From Octopus sinensis (lineage: Eukaryota), in assembly GCF_006345805.1 (NCBI RefSeq), contig NC_043015.1, forward strand, positions 43,896,001 to 43,960,000: a stretch of DNA of 64,000 bases, given 5' to 3'. Below, piece after piece: positions 11,901 to 24,427 of the stretch. The notes below the pieces were generated by a model. The model saw only the letters and a program-made list of their open reading frames with translations, did no database searches and was not told where the DNA came from. A program made the translations under genes and the position numbers. Position 1 is the stretch's first letter. Each line of letters opens with the position of its first letter.

Positions 11901-13837
11901 GTTCCGTAATGAATCGGCGGCTTATATTTATTTGCTGCCGATAAATTTGGCGCGAGTGCGACGATTTGAAAATTTTAGGTCAGATATTGGCGAGGCATGG
12001 ACGAGAATGCCTCGTGAAAAATATCTGTTCCGATTGGCTATTCCTTACTGATGAATCTAGGGCCTATGGTAGATTGGCTTGATTTATTTTAATCAGGTTA
12101 GTTTACCATTAAACAGTAGAAGACCGGGCATCGTATAAGGAATTTCAGGGTAAATGTTTTTTCATTTTCTCCTGGTTTACGGAATTAATGTTATTTTGCG
12201 GTTGAAGCTTTTGGCTGTTATTTCTAGTGGGTGAATGGCCTATTATGGCCGTTCCTTGATTGTGATATTGAACTTAAAAATGGTTTATGACTATTTATTT
12301 TTTCCCACTAGGGCCGAGGGGGCAAAAGAATTCTACAAAATTTTTTTGCCTCCCTATATTGATTAATTATGAATTTTCTGGTTGGTTCCGTAATGGAATC
12401 GGCGGCTTATATTTATTTGCTGCCGATAAATTTGGCGCGAGTGCGACGATTTGAAAATTTTAGGTCAGATATTGGCGAGGCATGGACGAGAATGCCTCGT
12501 GAAAAATATCTGTTCCGATTTGGCTATTCCTTACTGATGAATCTAAGGGCCTATGGTAGATTGGCTTGATTTTAATTAATCAGGTTAGTTTACCATTAAA
12601 CAGTAGAAGAAGAAACGGTGCATCGTATAAGGAATTTCAGGGTAAATGTTTTTTAATTTTCTCTCATGGTTTACGGATTAAGTGTTATTTTTGCGGTTGA
12701 AGTTTGCTTTGGCTGTTATTTCTAGTGGGTGAATGGCCTATTATGGCCGTTCCTGATTGTGTGATATTGAACTTAAAATGGTTTATGACTATTTAATTTT
12801 TTCCCACTAGGCCGCTGGGGGCAAAAGAATTCTACAAAATTTTGTTTGCCTCCCTATATTGATTAATTATGAATTTTCTGGTTGGTTCCGTAATGGATCG
12901 GCGGCTTATATTTTGCTGCCGATAAATTTGGCGCGAGTGCGACGATTTGAAAATTTTAGGTCAGATATTGGCGAGGCATGGACGAGAATGCCTCGTGAAA
13001 AATATCTGTTCCGATTTGGCTATTCCTTACTGATGAATCTAAGGGCCTATGGGAGATTGGCTTGATTTAATTTAATCAGGTTAGTTTACCATTAAACAGT
13101 AGAAGAACGGTGCATCGTATAAGGAATTTCAGGGTAAATGTTTTTTAATTTTCTCCTGGTTACGGATTAATGTTATTTTGCGGTTGAAGCTTTTTGGCTG
13201 TTATTTCTAGTGGGTGAATGCCTATTATGGCCGTTCCTTGATTGTGATATTGAACTTAAAAATGGTTTATTTATGACTATTTTTTTTCCCACTAGGCCGC
13301 TGGGGGCAAAGACTTCTACAAAATTTTTTTGCCTCCCTATATTGATTAATTGAATTTTCTGGTTGGTTCCGTAATGGAATCGGCGGCTTATATTTATTTG
13401 CTGCCGAATAAATTTGGCGCGAGTGCGACGATTTGAAAATTTTAGGTCAGATATTGGCGAGGCATGGACGAGAATGCCTCGTGAAAAATATCTGTTCCGA
13501 TTTGGCTATTCCTACTGATGAATCTAAGGGCCTATGGTTTAGATGCTTGATTTAATTTAATCAGTTAGTTTTACCATTAAACAGTAGAAGAACGGTGCAT
13601 CGTATAAGGAATTTCAGGGTAAATGTTTTTTATTTTCTCCTGGTTTACGGAATTAATGTTATTTTGCGGTTGAAGGCTTTTTGGCTGTTATTTCTAGTGG
13701 GTGAATGGCCTATTATGGCCGTTCCTTGATTGTGATATTGAACCTTAAAAATGGTTTATGACTATTAATTTTCCCACTAGGCCGCTGGGGGCAAAAGAAT
13801 TCTACAAAATTTTTTTGCCTCCCTATATTGATTTAAT
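8905..13837. mobile_element. Retrozyme-like tandem array 1: ~10 copies of a ~490-bp hammerhead-containing unit with an internal inversion
   Basis: ATCACAATCAAGG recurs at 8907, 9401 and 9890. Orientation flips at ~10213 (~2.7 copies left, ~7.4 right). One hammerhead motif per unit; (TA)n on both sides. The repeat is certain; the retrozyme call is inference. Confidence 0.85.
10575..10680 (+). ncRNA. Type I hammerhead ribozyme motif (representative of array 1)
   Basis: ATTCCTTA-CTGATGA-ATCTA..TAGAA-GAA-ACG GTGCAT CGT-A^TAAGGAAT. Other + cores at ~11075, 11563, 12048 (damaged), 12534, 13030 and 13515. Minus-strand copies at ~9031-9137, ~9523-9627 and ~10013-10117. Confidence 0.85.
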
Positions 13838-13902
13838 ATATACATATATATACATTGTACAATAATGTGTATGTATATGTAATAATATATCTATATATAT
13901 TA

Positions 13903-13955
<53 letters not shown>

Positions 13956-14032
13956 ACATATATATAATATATAATATATATATATATTATATATATATAT
14001 ATATAATTATATATATGTAAATATATATACAA

Positions 14033-14455
14033 GGCGCAGTAGTGGCTGTGTGGTAAGTAGCTTGCTTACGAGTCACATGGTTCCAGGTTCAGTCCCACTG
14101 CGTGGCACCTTGGGCAACTGTCTTCTACTATAGCCTCGGGCCGACCAAAGCCTTGTGAGTGGATTTGGTAGACGGAAACTGAAAGAAGCCCGTCGTATAT
14201 ATGTATATGTATATATATGTATGTATATATATGTATGTGTGTATATGTTTGTGTGTCCGTGTTTGTCCCCACAACATCGCTTGACAATCGATGCTGGTGT
14301 GTTCCCGTCCCCGTAACTTAGCGGTTCGGCAAAAGAGACCGATAGAATAAGTACTAGGCTTACAAAGAATAAGTCCTGGAGTCGATTTTTTCGACTAAAG
14401 GTGGTGCTCCAGCATGGCCGCAGTCAAATGACTGAAACAAGTAAAAGAGTAAAAG
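14033..14455 (+). mobile_element. SINE family A, full length (tRNA-like head, internal TA/TG microsatellite, GTAAAAGA tail)
   Basis: TGGCTGTGTGG A-box-like and GGTTCAGTCC B-box-like; about 16 copies in the window. Confidence 0.92.
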
Positions 14456-14882
14456 GTATATATATATAGATATATAGATATATATAGATATATAGATATA
14501 GATATATATGTATCTATGTATAGGCATTTTGTGTGTGTAGGTATGTACATGTATGAGCATACATATACATATACACAGAGTTATATATTTATATAAATTT
14601 ATATGTGTGTGTGTGGGGGGGGGCTATGTGTCAGCGCGCTCCCGGAAAAGTGTAAGCGGACGAGCGTGTCTGTTGTAATGATACAAGACAAAGATGGAAA
14701 AGAGAAAAAAACAGATACAGGGAGAAAAATTAGGGAAATGTCTTTTATATTTCGAACATTTATTCCTCTTCTTAAGAGGAAAGACAAGGATATAAAAGAA
14801 CGGAGAGTACAAAAATTGAGAAATAAAAGCCCATGTGGATCCAACCTGTCACCATTTTTGAACACACACACACATCTAACTC

Positions 14883-15306
14883 TCTCTTTTCTCTTTTACT
14901 CTTTTACTTGTTTCAGTCATTTGACTGCGGCCATGCTGGAGCACCGCCTTTCAATCGAGCAACTCGACCCCGGGACTTATTCTTTGGTAAGCCCGGTACT
15001 TATTCTATCGGTCGTCTTTTTTGCCGAACCGCTAAGTAACGGGGACATAAACACACCAGCATCGGTTGTCAAGCAATGCTAGGGGGACAAACACAAACAT
15101 ACAAACACACACACGCATACATATATATATATAGACATATATACGAAGGACTTCTTTCAGTTTCCGTCTACCAAATCCACTCACAAGGCTTTGGTCGGCC
15201 TGAGGCTATAGTAGAAGACACTTGCCCAAGGTGCCACGCAGTGGGACTGAACCCGGAACCATGTGGTTGGTAAACTTGCTACTTACCACACAGCCACTCC
15301 AGCGTC
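14883..15306 (-). mobile_element. SINE family A, full length
   Basis: Reverse complement of 14033-14455. Confidence 0.92.
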
Positions 15307-15356
15307 TATATATATATCTATGCATACACACACATACACACACACACACATATACG

Positions 15357-15955
15357 AGCAGAATGTATGTCTGTTAAAATGTTCGTGGCATATTTTAACT
15401 GCTAAAAAGCAAACACTACATTTGAGGTGGAGAATATATACGCTTTATAGTAAAAATATGTGAAAACACCCGGTTCGTTCAGTGTCGCTATCTAAGAGGA
15501 ATCCCACACATCGATGTCTCAAGCTTCTTCTCAGTTGTCGATGAGATATACCTAAGAGAAGCAACTCTGAACGAAATTATAAAGCCATAGCTTTATATAT
15601 GATTTGGTCAAAACGTTGATTCATTTGCGCTAGAAGATCACCCGTTCAAGGAAAATTACGAAGTGTTAGTGCTAAGCGGTGTTTAGGCATGAAGAGTATT
15701 TAGATAAGTTGGAACATATTTGTCACATATTTCAACTGATAAAAAGGCTAATGCGCTGCAGTTTCCTTGCAGAATATATCTTCCTTATGGTAAAATATAT
15801 CTCTAATCTGGTTAGGAGGTGTTTTCACGAACCGGGTGTTTTCACCCCTTCTTATCATAAGAGAGATACATTCCCTACAGTAACTGCTGTTGTATTTGCA
15901 TTTTAGCAGTTGAAATATCTAACAAAATATATTTCAACTAACCAATATTCTGAAC
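15357..15955. mobile_element. MITE-like element with long imperfect terminal inverted repeats
   Basis: TATTTTAACTGCTAAAAAGCAAA..GTGAAAACACCCGGTTCGT is mirrored by ACGAACCGGGTGTTTTCAC..TTTGCATTTTAGCAGTTGAAATA. Confidence 0.65.
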
Positions 15956-16117
15956 ACTGAATGATGCGAGTGTAAAACAATACAATGAATGTGTGTGTGT
16001 TTATGTATTTATGCTTTGTATGTAAGAGAGAATACGTGTGTGTGCGTGTGTGTATTTATGTTTGATGTGCTGAATAAAGTCTTGCAGTCAGGAAAACAAT
16101 ATTTGTTACCTACCCAA

Positions 16118-16470
16118 GGCGGTGAGCCGGCAGAGCCGTTAGCACGCCGGGCGAAATGCTTTGTGGTATTTCGTCCGCCGTTACGTTCTGAGTTCAAATT
16201 CCGCCGAGGTCGACTTTGCCTTTCATCCTTTCGGGGTCGATAAATTAAGTACCAGTTACGCACCGTTTGTCTGTCCTTGTTTGTCTCCTCTGTGTTTAAC
16301 CCCTTGTGGGTAGTAAAGACATAGGTATTTCGTCTGTCTTTGCGTTCTGAGTTCAAATTCCACAGAAGTCGACTTTCATCCTTTCGGGTCGATAAATTAA
16401 GTGCCAGTTATACTCATCGACTAGACACCTCTGCCAAAATTTCGGCCCTTGTGCCTAGAGTAGAAAAGAA
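16118..16470 (+). mobile_element. SINE family B with internal tandem duplication
   Basis: GGCGGTGAGCCGGCAGA head, GAGTTCAAATTCC B box twice, CTTTCATCCTTTCGGGGTCGATAAA core. Confidence 0.88.
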
Positions 16471-16647
16471 TATTTGTTACTTTATCCGTAACAATTTCAA
16501 CTCATGAATTATTCAAGATATTGATTGACAATATATAAAACACTATTCTGCATGTTGTTGCATCACAGACCTATTTGGATAATTTTAGATTAAGACCCTG
16601 GACTAAAAATTGTTTGACCGACATGAAATATCTCGGGGATTCAATTT

Positions 16648-17073
16648 GAAATACCTATTTCTTTACTACCCACAAGGGGCTAAACACAGAGAGGACAAAC
16701 GAGGACAGACAAACGGATTAAGTCGATTACATCGACACCAGTGCGCAACTGGTACTTAATTTTTACGACCCCGAAAGGATGAAAGGCAAAGTCGACCTCG
16801 GCGGAATTTGAACTCAGAACGTAGCGACAGACATAATACCTATTTCTTTATTACCCACAAGGGGCTAAACATAGAAGGGACAAACAAGGACAGACATAGG
16901 TATTAAGTCGATTACATCGACTCCAGTGCGTAACTTGTACTTAATTTATCGGCATCCCGAAAGGATGAAAAGCAAAGTCGACCTCGGCGGAATTTGAACT
17001 CAGAACATAACGGCAGACGAAATACCGCTAAGCATTTCGCCCGGTGTGCTAACGTTTCTGCCAGCTCGCCGCC
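16648..17073 (-). mobile_element. SINE family B with ~190-bp tandem units
   Basis: Head at 17073 followed by repeated B-box/core/tail units. Confidence 0.9.
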
Positions 17074-17759
17074 TTGACAGTCGCATTAACGTCTATCACG
17101 GGAGAGAACTAACGCAAGGCGATCCGTTCCTCTATTTCGGACAGGCCAGAGACAATGACGTTGAATTCCTCTTCACACCGTCAAAATATTCTGAACATGC
17201 GTTTTATATTCACCTGCATTCATTTCAATTCCTTAGTTGTCTCTGGTCTTTCTCAAAGCTTCTCAGGTATTTTTCACAAGTTTCTTTGATCTCTTACATT
17301 GTGCTTAATCCCTCAACAAGTTTTTCTTGTTAATGCCTTTCTTTGCGTATCATTTTCTAATCTCCTTTTTAGTTTACATTCGAGTTGTTTTCTTCGATCA
17401 ATTTCTGCATTATTTCTATTTTCTAATCGCCGTTGTGCAGTAAACCTATCTGTTCCTGTTTCGTAATGGTTGCTTTATATATAGTTTACTTGTTTTAATC
17501 ATTGGATTACAGCTATCCTCTGCATCGCCTCGACAGAATGCCACTACTAATTTATTGTAACTAAGCCCTTATTTTCTTTTGCCGAACCGTTCATTTACGA
17601 ACACATAAACAAGTCAACGGCGGCTATCAAGCGTTGGAGACAAAACACAGACACATGCACACATGTATATATATATATATGGCTGTATGTATGCTGCATG
17701 TATGCGTGTATGTACACACACACACACACACTCACACACACATATATATATATATATAA

Positions 17760-17937
17760 GGTTAATCGAAACAAGAAAGCACAAAAAAACACAACAACGC
17801 GAGGACGTGGAACTAATATAGTATTATTGGACGCTCAGAAAGAAAGGGAAGAAGGAGGGTATAACGTTTCGAGCGGAGCTCTTCGTCGGAAACATAGGAG
17901 AAGGAAAGATCCAGAGAAGGGAGGACAGAGGGAAAAA
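17760..17937 (-). mobile_element. Penelope-like terminal repeat with minimal hammerhead-like motif
   Basis: Minus 17862-17893 reads GTTT-CCGACGA-A-GAGC TCC GCTC-GAAACGTTA. In (TA)n. A second, inverted copy lies at 28980-29083. Confidence 0.6.
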
Positions 17938-17941
17938 TACA

Positions 17942-17990
<49 letters not shown>

Positions 17991-18122
17991 GTATTATATA
18001 TATGTATATATATATGTATACATATATATATGTATATATATATTATATATACGTATATATATATGCATATATATATATATAAGTATATATATATATATAT
18101 GATATATATATATATATATAAG

Positions 18123-18154
<32 letters not shown>

Positions 18155-18589
18155 ATATATATATATCTTTTGTTCAAATCGGCATTAGCACGTATCTAAA
18201 TATTTGATGTCTATTAGATATGTAGTCATTGATTGAGCCTTTTCATCTTGATGAGTGCAGAGAGCGACAATGCATAAGGTGACTGCTCAGGTCAAGGATG
18301 GTATAAAGGATCTGAGGGTATTTACGACTCGCCCTTTGCTTTTTCGACGTTAGGTCTATGCCACTTGACATTTGTTATTTTCCATTTGTTATTTTCTATT
18401 GATTTAAATTCACTTACAAGGCGTAAGTCAACCGGGGAAAATTATCAAAAGACGCAGGGTGCCCGCACAGTTGAAACGAACCTGACACCACAAGGCTTGC
18501 ATAGAAACGTCTAATCTCACGGCCATATTTATAAATCTCAAACACCTACATCTTCACAATAAATTCGATTTAATATTTGTATCTCATTC

Positions 18590-18805
18590 TCATTTCTCAT
18601 TTACTTGTTTCAGTCATTTGACTGCGGCCATGCTGGAGCACCGCCTTTAGTCGAAGCAAATCGACCCCGGGACTTATTCTTTGTAAGCCCAGTACTTATT
18701 ATATCGGTCTCTTTTGCCGAACCGCTAAGTGACGGGGACGTAAACACACCAGCATTGGTTGCCAAGCAATGCTAGGGGGACAAACACAGACACACAAACA
18801 CACAC

Positions 18806-18836
<31 letters not shown>

Positions 18837-19007
18837 TATATATACGACAGGCTTCTTTCAGTTTCCATCTACCATATCCACTCACAAGGCATTGGTCAGC
18901 CCGGGGCTATAGCAGAAGACACTTGCCCAAGGTGCCACACAGTGGGACTGAACCCAGAACCATATGGTTGGTTAGCAAGCTACTTACCACACAGCCACTC
19001 CTGCGCC
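18590..19007 (-). mobile_element. SINE family A, full length
   Basis: Match to the family. Confidence 0.92.
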
Positions 19008-19536
19008 TATAGTGACACCAGCTGTAATTGTTCCATGTTTATTCTTAGAAGAGGTTTATAATGACAAACATTATATTAACATTTATACAAAATATTACAT
19101 TAAATCACAATAAATATTGTTGTCATCATATTATAGACACATTGTAGTATTTATGCGGCAGGAATATTCGTACTGAATATATTCATGTGTTGCGTAGGTG
19201 TAAAGTCGCTGCTATTCAAATACAAATATATTCTTTGTTTTCCCTTCTCGTGTTACTAATTCATTTCTACTTCCCGTTGAGAATAGTACAACTATAACTT
19301 ACAAGAAAACGCCAGTGCTAGAAGAAACAAATATGCGTATGTATTTATATACATACATAAAAATACAGACATATATATATATATATATATGTTTATAAAA
19401 AGTGTGGTTTGCATACGAGTGGGTATATATTTATAAAAAAGTTTGAAAACGCCACTATATGAGATAAATTTTAATTTTCTCAGAGATTTTACATGTTTCG
19501 GTTCTTCTTGGAAAAAACGAACCTTATCAAAAATAT

Positions 19537-19790
19537 TTTAAAAAGTTAAGTGTAATAAAAAAAGTTCAAAATTGTTTCCTACTAGTCTCAACAGAGACCA
19601 CATGGTGGCGTTTTGTTGTGGGGAACATAATGGCTATCTTGTGCGTTGGCGAGAATCGTTGGCTGTAATCGTGAAAGTGACCGTTGGCCGTAATAGTCCC
19701 CACCACAAAACACCACCACGTGGACACTGTTGAGACCAGTAAGAAACAATTATGAACTTTTTTTATTACACTTAACCTCTTTTTTATAAA
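19537..19790. repeat. Fold-back element with ~95-bp imperfect arms
   Basis: GTTAAGTGTAATAAAAAAAGTTCA..GTCTCAACAG..CCACATGGTGG is mirrored by CCACCACGTGG..CTGTTGAGAC..TGAACTTTTTTTATTACACTTAAC. Confidence 0.85.
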
Positions 19791-19803
19791 TGAATATATT
19801 ATA

Positions 19804-19904
<101 letters not shown>

Positions 19905-20084
19905 CTGGCACTAGGTCGCTTACGACGACGTCTTTGACCATTGGGCGCTCCGACTGGGCCTATGTAACCACTCAGAATGAAATGTTCGAAGAGCAGGATA
20001 TTTTCTTCGTTTGTGAAACTAGAAGCAATGCAATTCCAAGTAAATTTGATGAAAGACATCTAGGCTGGTGTGTTTGTGCGCGTG

Positions 20085-20415
20085 TGGCGGGGTCCTAGTG
20101 GACGAAGATTTTGTACTCAGGATCGCTTGGTCGTGGGCTCGATTCGTTAACCGGGTATAGCATTGTGACCTTGAGCAAGGCACTTCATAAACCGTACCTC
20201 TAGTCAACATGGCTAGAAATTTGAATCAATCGAGTGCTGGCGAAGCCTTCTGTCCAACTATCGCACACATCATTAATATAGCACCGAGCCAAGCAGTGGA
20301 GGGACCAAAGCGTCCCTGTGTTACCTTACTTTTACATAGGCAAATAAATGATTTTGCTAAAACATGGTACATGATGTTACGTCATCATCGCATGCCGGTT
20401 AAATCTAGGTAAATA
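20085..20415 (+). mobile_element. Diverged tRNA/CORE-like SINE
   Basis: CCTAGTGG, GGCTCGATTC and TTGTGACCTTGAGCAAGGCACTT motifs. Confidence 0.55.
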
Positions 20416-21442
20416 CATACGTCCACACAACCAACATTAAGTTTGTAGATATTACATTTTAAGCCAACGTAGATGTTAATTTACATAAATAACAGATAAA
20501 ATGTACATAGCTGTTGGAGTCATTAAGAGCCATTATTTCTGAGAAAATCTCAAAATGATTTACTACAAGAGAAAGGAATGAAATTTGCAGCTGCCTTAGT
20601 TTAAGATATTAACTGTCAAAATCCAATCGTATTTCCTAGGTGTGATTTGCACCTATATTGTTAATCGATTTGTTACATTTCATGAAGTGATTCTCAACAG
20701 GAGGATATTGCAGTATTCATTGTTTTTTCTTGTTGTTGTTGTTGTTTATTGCCAGCTCTTATCGAGAACAATTCTTATCAAAAGCATTCCAGGTGTATCT
20801 AATATCTCTGTATCTAACACAATATACTACAACGTTCCCTTTGCTTTTATAGGTGCAATGGCGTAATTTAAGAAAGATTTATCGTTTTTTACAGGTTTGA
20901 GTTACTAAGTATCTTATTTTTGATTTGTTTTATTTTAAACCGAAGAAGATAATGGATAATAGTTTTTTTACCTACTTGCTTTAGCACTCGTATGTACATC
21001 CTTTACATGTCAACCATATTGTATATGACTTGTTTACAACTTTCGTTTTATAAGTGGAAAAAAAAAGAAGAAATCTTTACGAAATTACGCTAAAATCCCA
21101 CTATTCAAATTTCACATATGTAAATTAAAATGGTCATCTTTATCGGTTCAGTATCTACGCTTCCATGCTTGTCTGGAAGAAGAGAAATTGGTTGTGGTAG
21201 ATAGTTTACAGCCAGATGCTCCTTCTGTCGTTAAATCTCACATCTTGGCAAGCAAAATAATCATCTTCTCCCATTTAGGAATTGTTTACAATGAGGATTT
21301 TGAGAATGTTCGTTGCATTACTGGTATACAGCAATCCCTCGACTATCACGGGTGCTACGTTCAACATCCACACCCCGCGATAGGTGAAAATTCGTGAAGT
21401 AGAAACAGTACTGTGCTGTATATTTTAAAAATTATGTATATA

Positions 21443-21826
21443 GGTGTAGGAGTGGCTGTGTGGTAAGTAGCTTGCTTACCAACCACATGGTTACGGGTTC
21501 ATTCCCACTGCGTGCCACCTTGGGAAATTGTCTTCTACTACTATAACCTCTGCAGACAAAAGTCCTGTGAGTGGATTTGGTAGACGGAAACTGAAAGAAG
21601 GTCGTCGTATATATGTATGTATATGTGTGCGTGTGAGTGTATGTGTTTTTGTGTCTGTCCCCCCCCCAATATCGCTTGACAACCGATGCTGGTGTTTAAG
21701 TCCCCGTAACTTAGCGGTTCGACAAAAAAGACCGATAGTGTAAGTATTAGTCGATTTGCTGGATTAAAGGCGGTGCTCCAGCATGGCCACAGTCAAATGA
21801 CTCAAACAAGTAAAAGAGTAAAAGAG
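21443..21826 (+). mobile_element. SINE family A
   Basis: Match to the family, with small deletions. Confidence 0.9.
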
Positions 21827-22623
21827 TATAATATGTATATATTAGTTTCATTATAAATGCGAAACAGAACCACGGAGGAATCGACCGTACGCTTAAATAA
21901 TAAACCGCGATAGGTGAAATGCGACATGATGAGTGATTACTGTAACAGAAAAAGCTAGTTTTATTGCAGCACAATGATGTACACAACGTGGCTGCTGTTT
22001 CTACTACATCCACGGCCTCAGTTACATGGGATCTCATGCGCTGTAGTTGTTTCAGTTTCAATATAAGGCCTTCGTGTGAAATTGTTCGATCATGCGACCG
22101 GTTTCATAAAACTTCGAAGCAGATCGTAAAATAATTAATATTTAGAAGTATTTTAAAAAGTTCCCCATTTTTTACTTCCAAAATTTTACAATAATAAATT
22201 TTTAGAAGTATTTTGAAAAATTCCCAATATACATTTTATAATTATTTAGGCCCCTCGGATTTATTTTCATCTTTATCCTTGGATTGTTCAGCTTCTCTCT
22301 CTCTCTCTCTCTTAGCAGCTTCAAGAAACTCATCGGTTCATTTTGAATGAAATACTTTTCTTGCATTGTGAACGACTTACTATTTACTAGGTTACAAGTT
22401 AGTGTCATTGAAATTGGACGTCTATCGAGTTGAGGGACATTTAAAATAAAAAGATTTTGGTGATGGTTGAGAAAAGTACTCCGCTTTCCATTTATATTTA
22501 CTACTATAATATGGTTATTATTTATTTAACCAACCAAACTATATTAAATAAATACCAAAATAAAGACAAATAATCTATAAGTACTTATAGCCCGTTTTGA
22601 AGAGAGGAAAAATAAAATTATTA

Positions 22624-22675
<52 letters not shown>

Positions 22676-22679
22676 GTTT

Positions 22680-23045
22680 TTTCTTCTTTCTTCAAATTTT
22701 CTTCCGTTTCTCGCCGAGTGTTTTCCATACACCTACGACAGAGAAGCTCATTGTATGCATTCCCAGATTACACGCGCAAATTCACAAACAAAATATTTAT
22801 TTCAAAAATTAATAACTAAATAAATTCATGGATGGATGTTGTTTTCACAGCGATAATGCTCTTCTCAGTACATGAGCCGTTCCAGTTAATACGATTTTTT
22901 GCACTTTCTGTAGGGATGGTAAGCCTGGAATCATTTTCAATTAGGTTTCAGTACCTTTTTTATCATTCCTATAGATCCTACAATCACTGGTACTGTAGTC
23001 GCCTTGTGATGCCACATTTTTTCAATTTCCATTAGCATTTACTAA
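22680..23045 (-). pseudogene. R4/Dong-like LINE 3' end (RLE C-terminus plus 3' UTR)
   Basis: Minus-strand translation gives MWHHKATTVPVIVGSIGMIKK and KVQKIVLTGTAHVLRRALSL*. Lies between (TTA)n and (TTC)n. Confidence 0.75.
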
Positions 23046-23196
23046 TATTCTTCTTCTTCTTCTTCTTCTTCTTCTTCTTCTTCTTCTTCTTCTTCTTCTT
23101 CTTCTTCTTCTTCTTCTTCTTCTTCTTCTTCTTCTTCTTCTTCTTCTTCTTCTCATTATTATTATTATTATTATTATTATATTATTATTATTATTA

Positions 23197-23234
<38 letters not shown>

Positions 23235-24298
23235 TATTAATATTATATAATTAAAGAAGATTTCTGCAGCATGTATATATATATATATATAACAATAAAC
23301 AATATAAGTTTCAATTGCAACGATCATGCATCTTGGTGGCTGCAATGTCATCAAGGCTCCATCACTCACGACGTTTTCAAAGTGAACCAATTCAAACAAG
23401 CTTCCTGTGTTGTTATTCAATTGAAGGCTACAGCGCTACTTTTTAAATCAAATTGAATTCGGGTCCTTATTATATCCATACATACAGGTATAGGTATGTG
23501 TATCTAAAGCAATATGTTATTCACTTAACGAATATGTCAAGCCACACACCAATTTATCATCGACGGATTAGAATTTTCTTTATCTTCACCATGCTTTAAC
23601 ACGTTACTCATGCGTTGGTCTGCATATTTTATAACGTATATCACATAGCATATACTTCTATCTACTTATAAGATTATCATACGTAATATTCTATAAATCT
23701 GTATAATGCTATGGGATATGGGTCTAATTCCTTGGTTATATAGATATAGTTTCTAAGAAATATTTCTAATTTAAATATTAATCTTTCTGAAGATATTCTG
23801 TTTACTTATCAGCTTGAAATTTTTCGCGCTCATACTTCCTTCCTTGATCAAATATCTCTCTGTCTGTCTGTTTGTCTGTCTGTCTACCTGGCTATCTATA
23901 GTGATAATGCTTTCCTGTGCTTTATTTGTTCTCTTATATAAGTATAGAGGCATATACACGCACACATATACACGCGTGTGAAGATATATACATATATACA
24001 TACATATATATATATATATAATATATATATATATATTATATATATATATATATTATATACATCCATCTATATATGTTTACATATACCCACACTTTATGGA
24101 TATACATACTCAGAAATACAGACACAGAGAGACACACACACATACACGCATTTATATAATATATATATATTATATATATATATAATATATATATATACAT
24201 ACAATATATATATATATATATATAGTATATATATATACACACACAACATATATATGTATAAATATATGGTATGTATATATAATATATACACGTGTATA

Positions 24299-24331
<33 letters not shown>

Positions 24332-24368
24332 GCAGAAACACACACAACACACACACACACACACGCGC

Positions 24369-24427
<59 letters not shown>

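Noticed and set aside
10282-13065. Short ORFs within the array units
   Set aside because: Frames differ between copies and there is no recognisable domain. Conservation follows RNA pairing instead.
8905-13837. Copy-to-copy single-base indels as real variation, and the inversion as a read chimera
   Set aside because: Scattered indels look like unpolished long-read errors, so damaged cores were not interpreted. The inversion was kept because the array 1 junction is asymmetric and both arrays share end registers, but it still needs read support.
8905-13837. CRISPR array or rDNA/snRNA gene cluster
   Set aside because: No repeat-spacer structure and no recognisable 5S, tRNA or snRNA sequence.
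21373-21917. CCGCGATAGGTGAAA repeated on both sides of a SINE
   Set aside because: It is not adjacent to the SINE ends, so it is not a TSD, and it has no further support.
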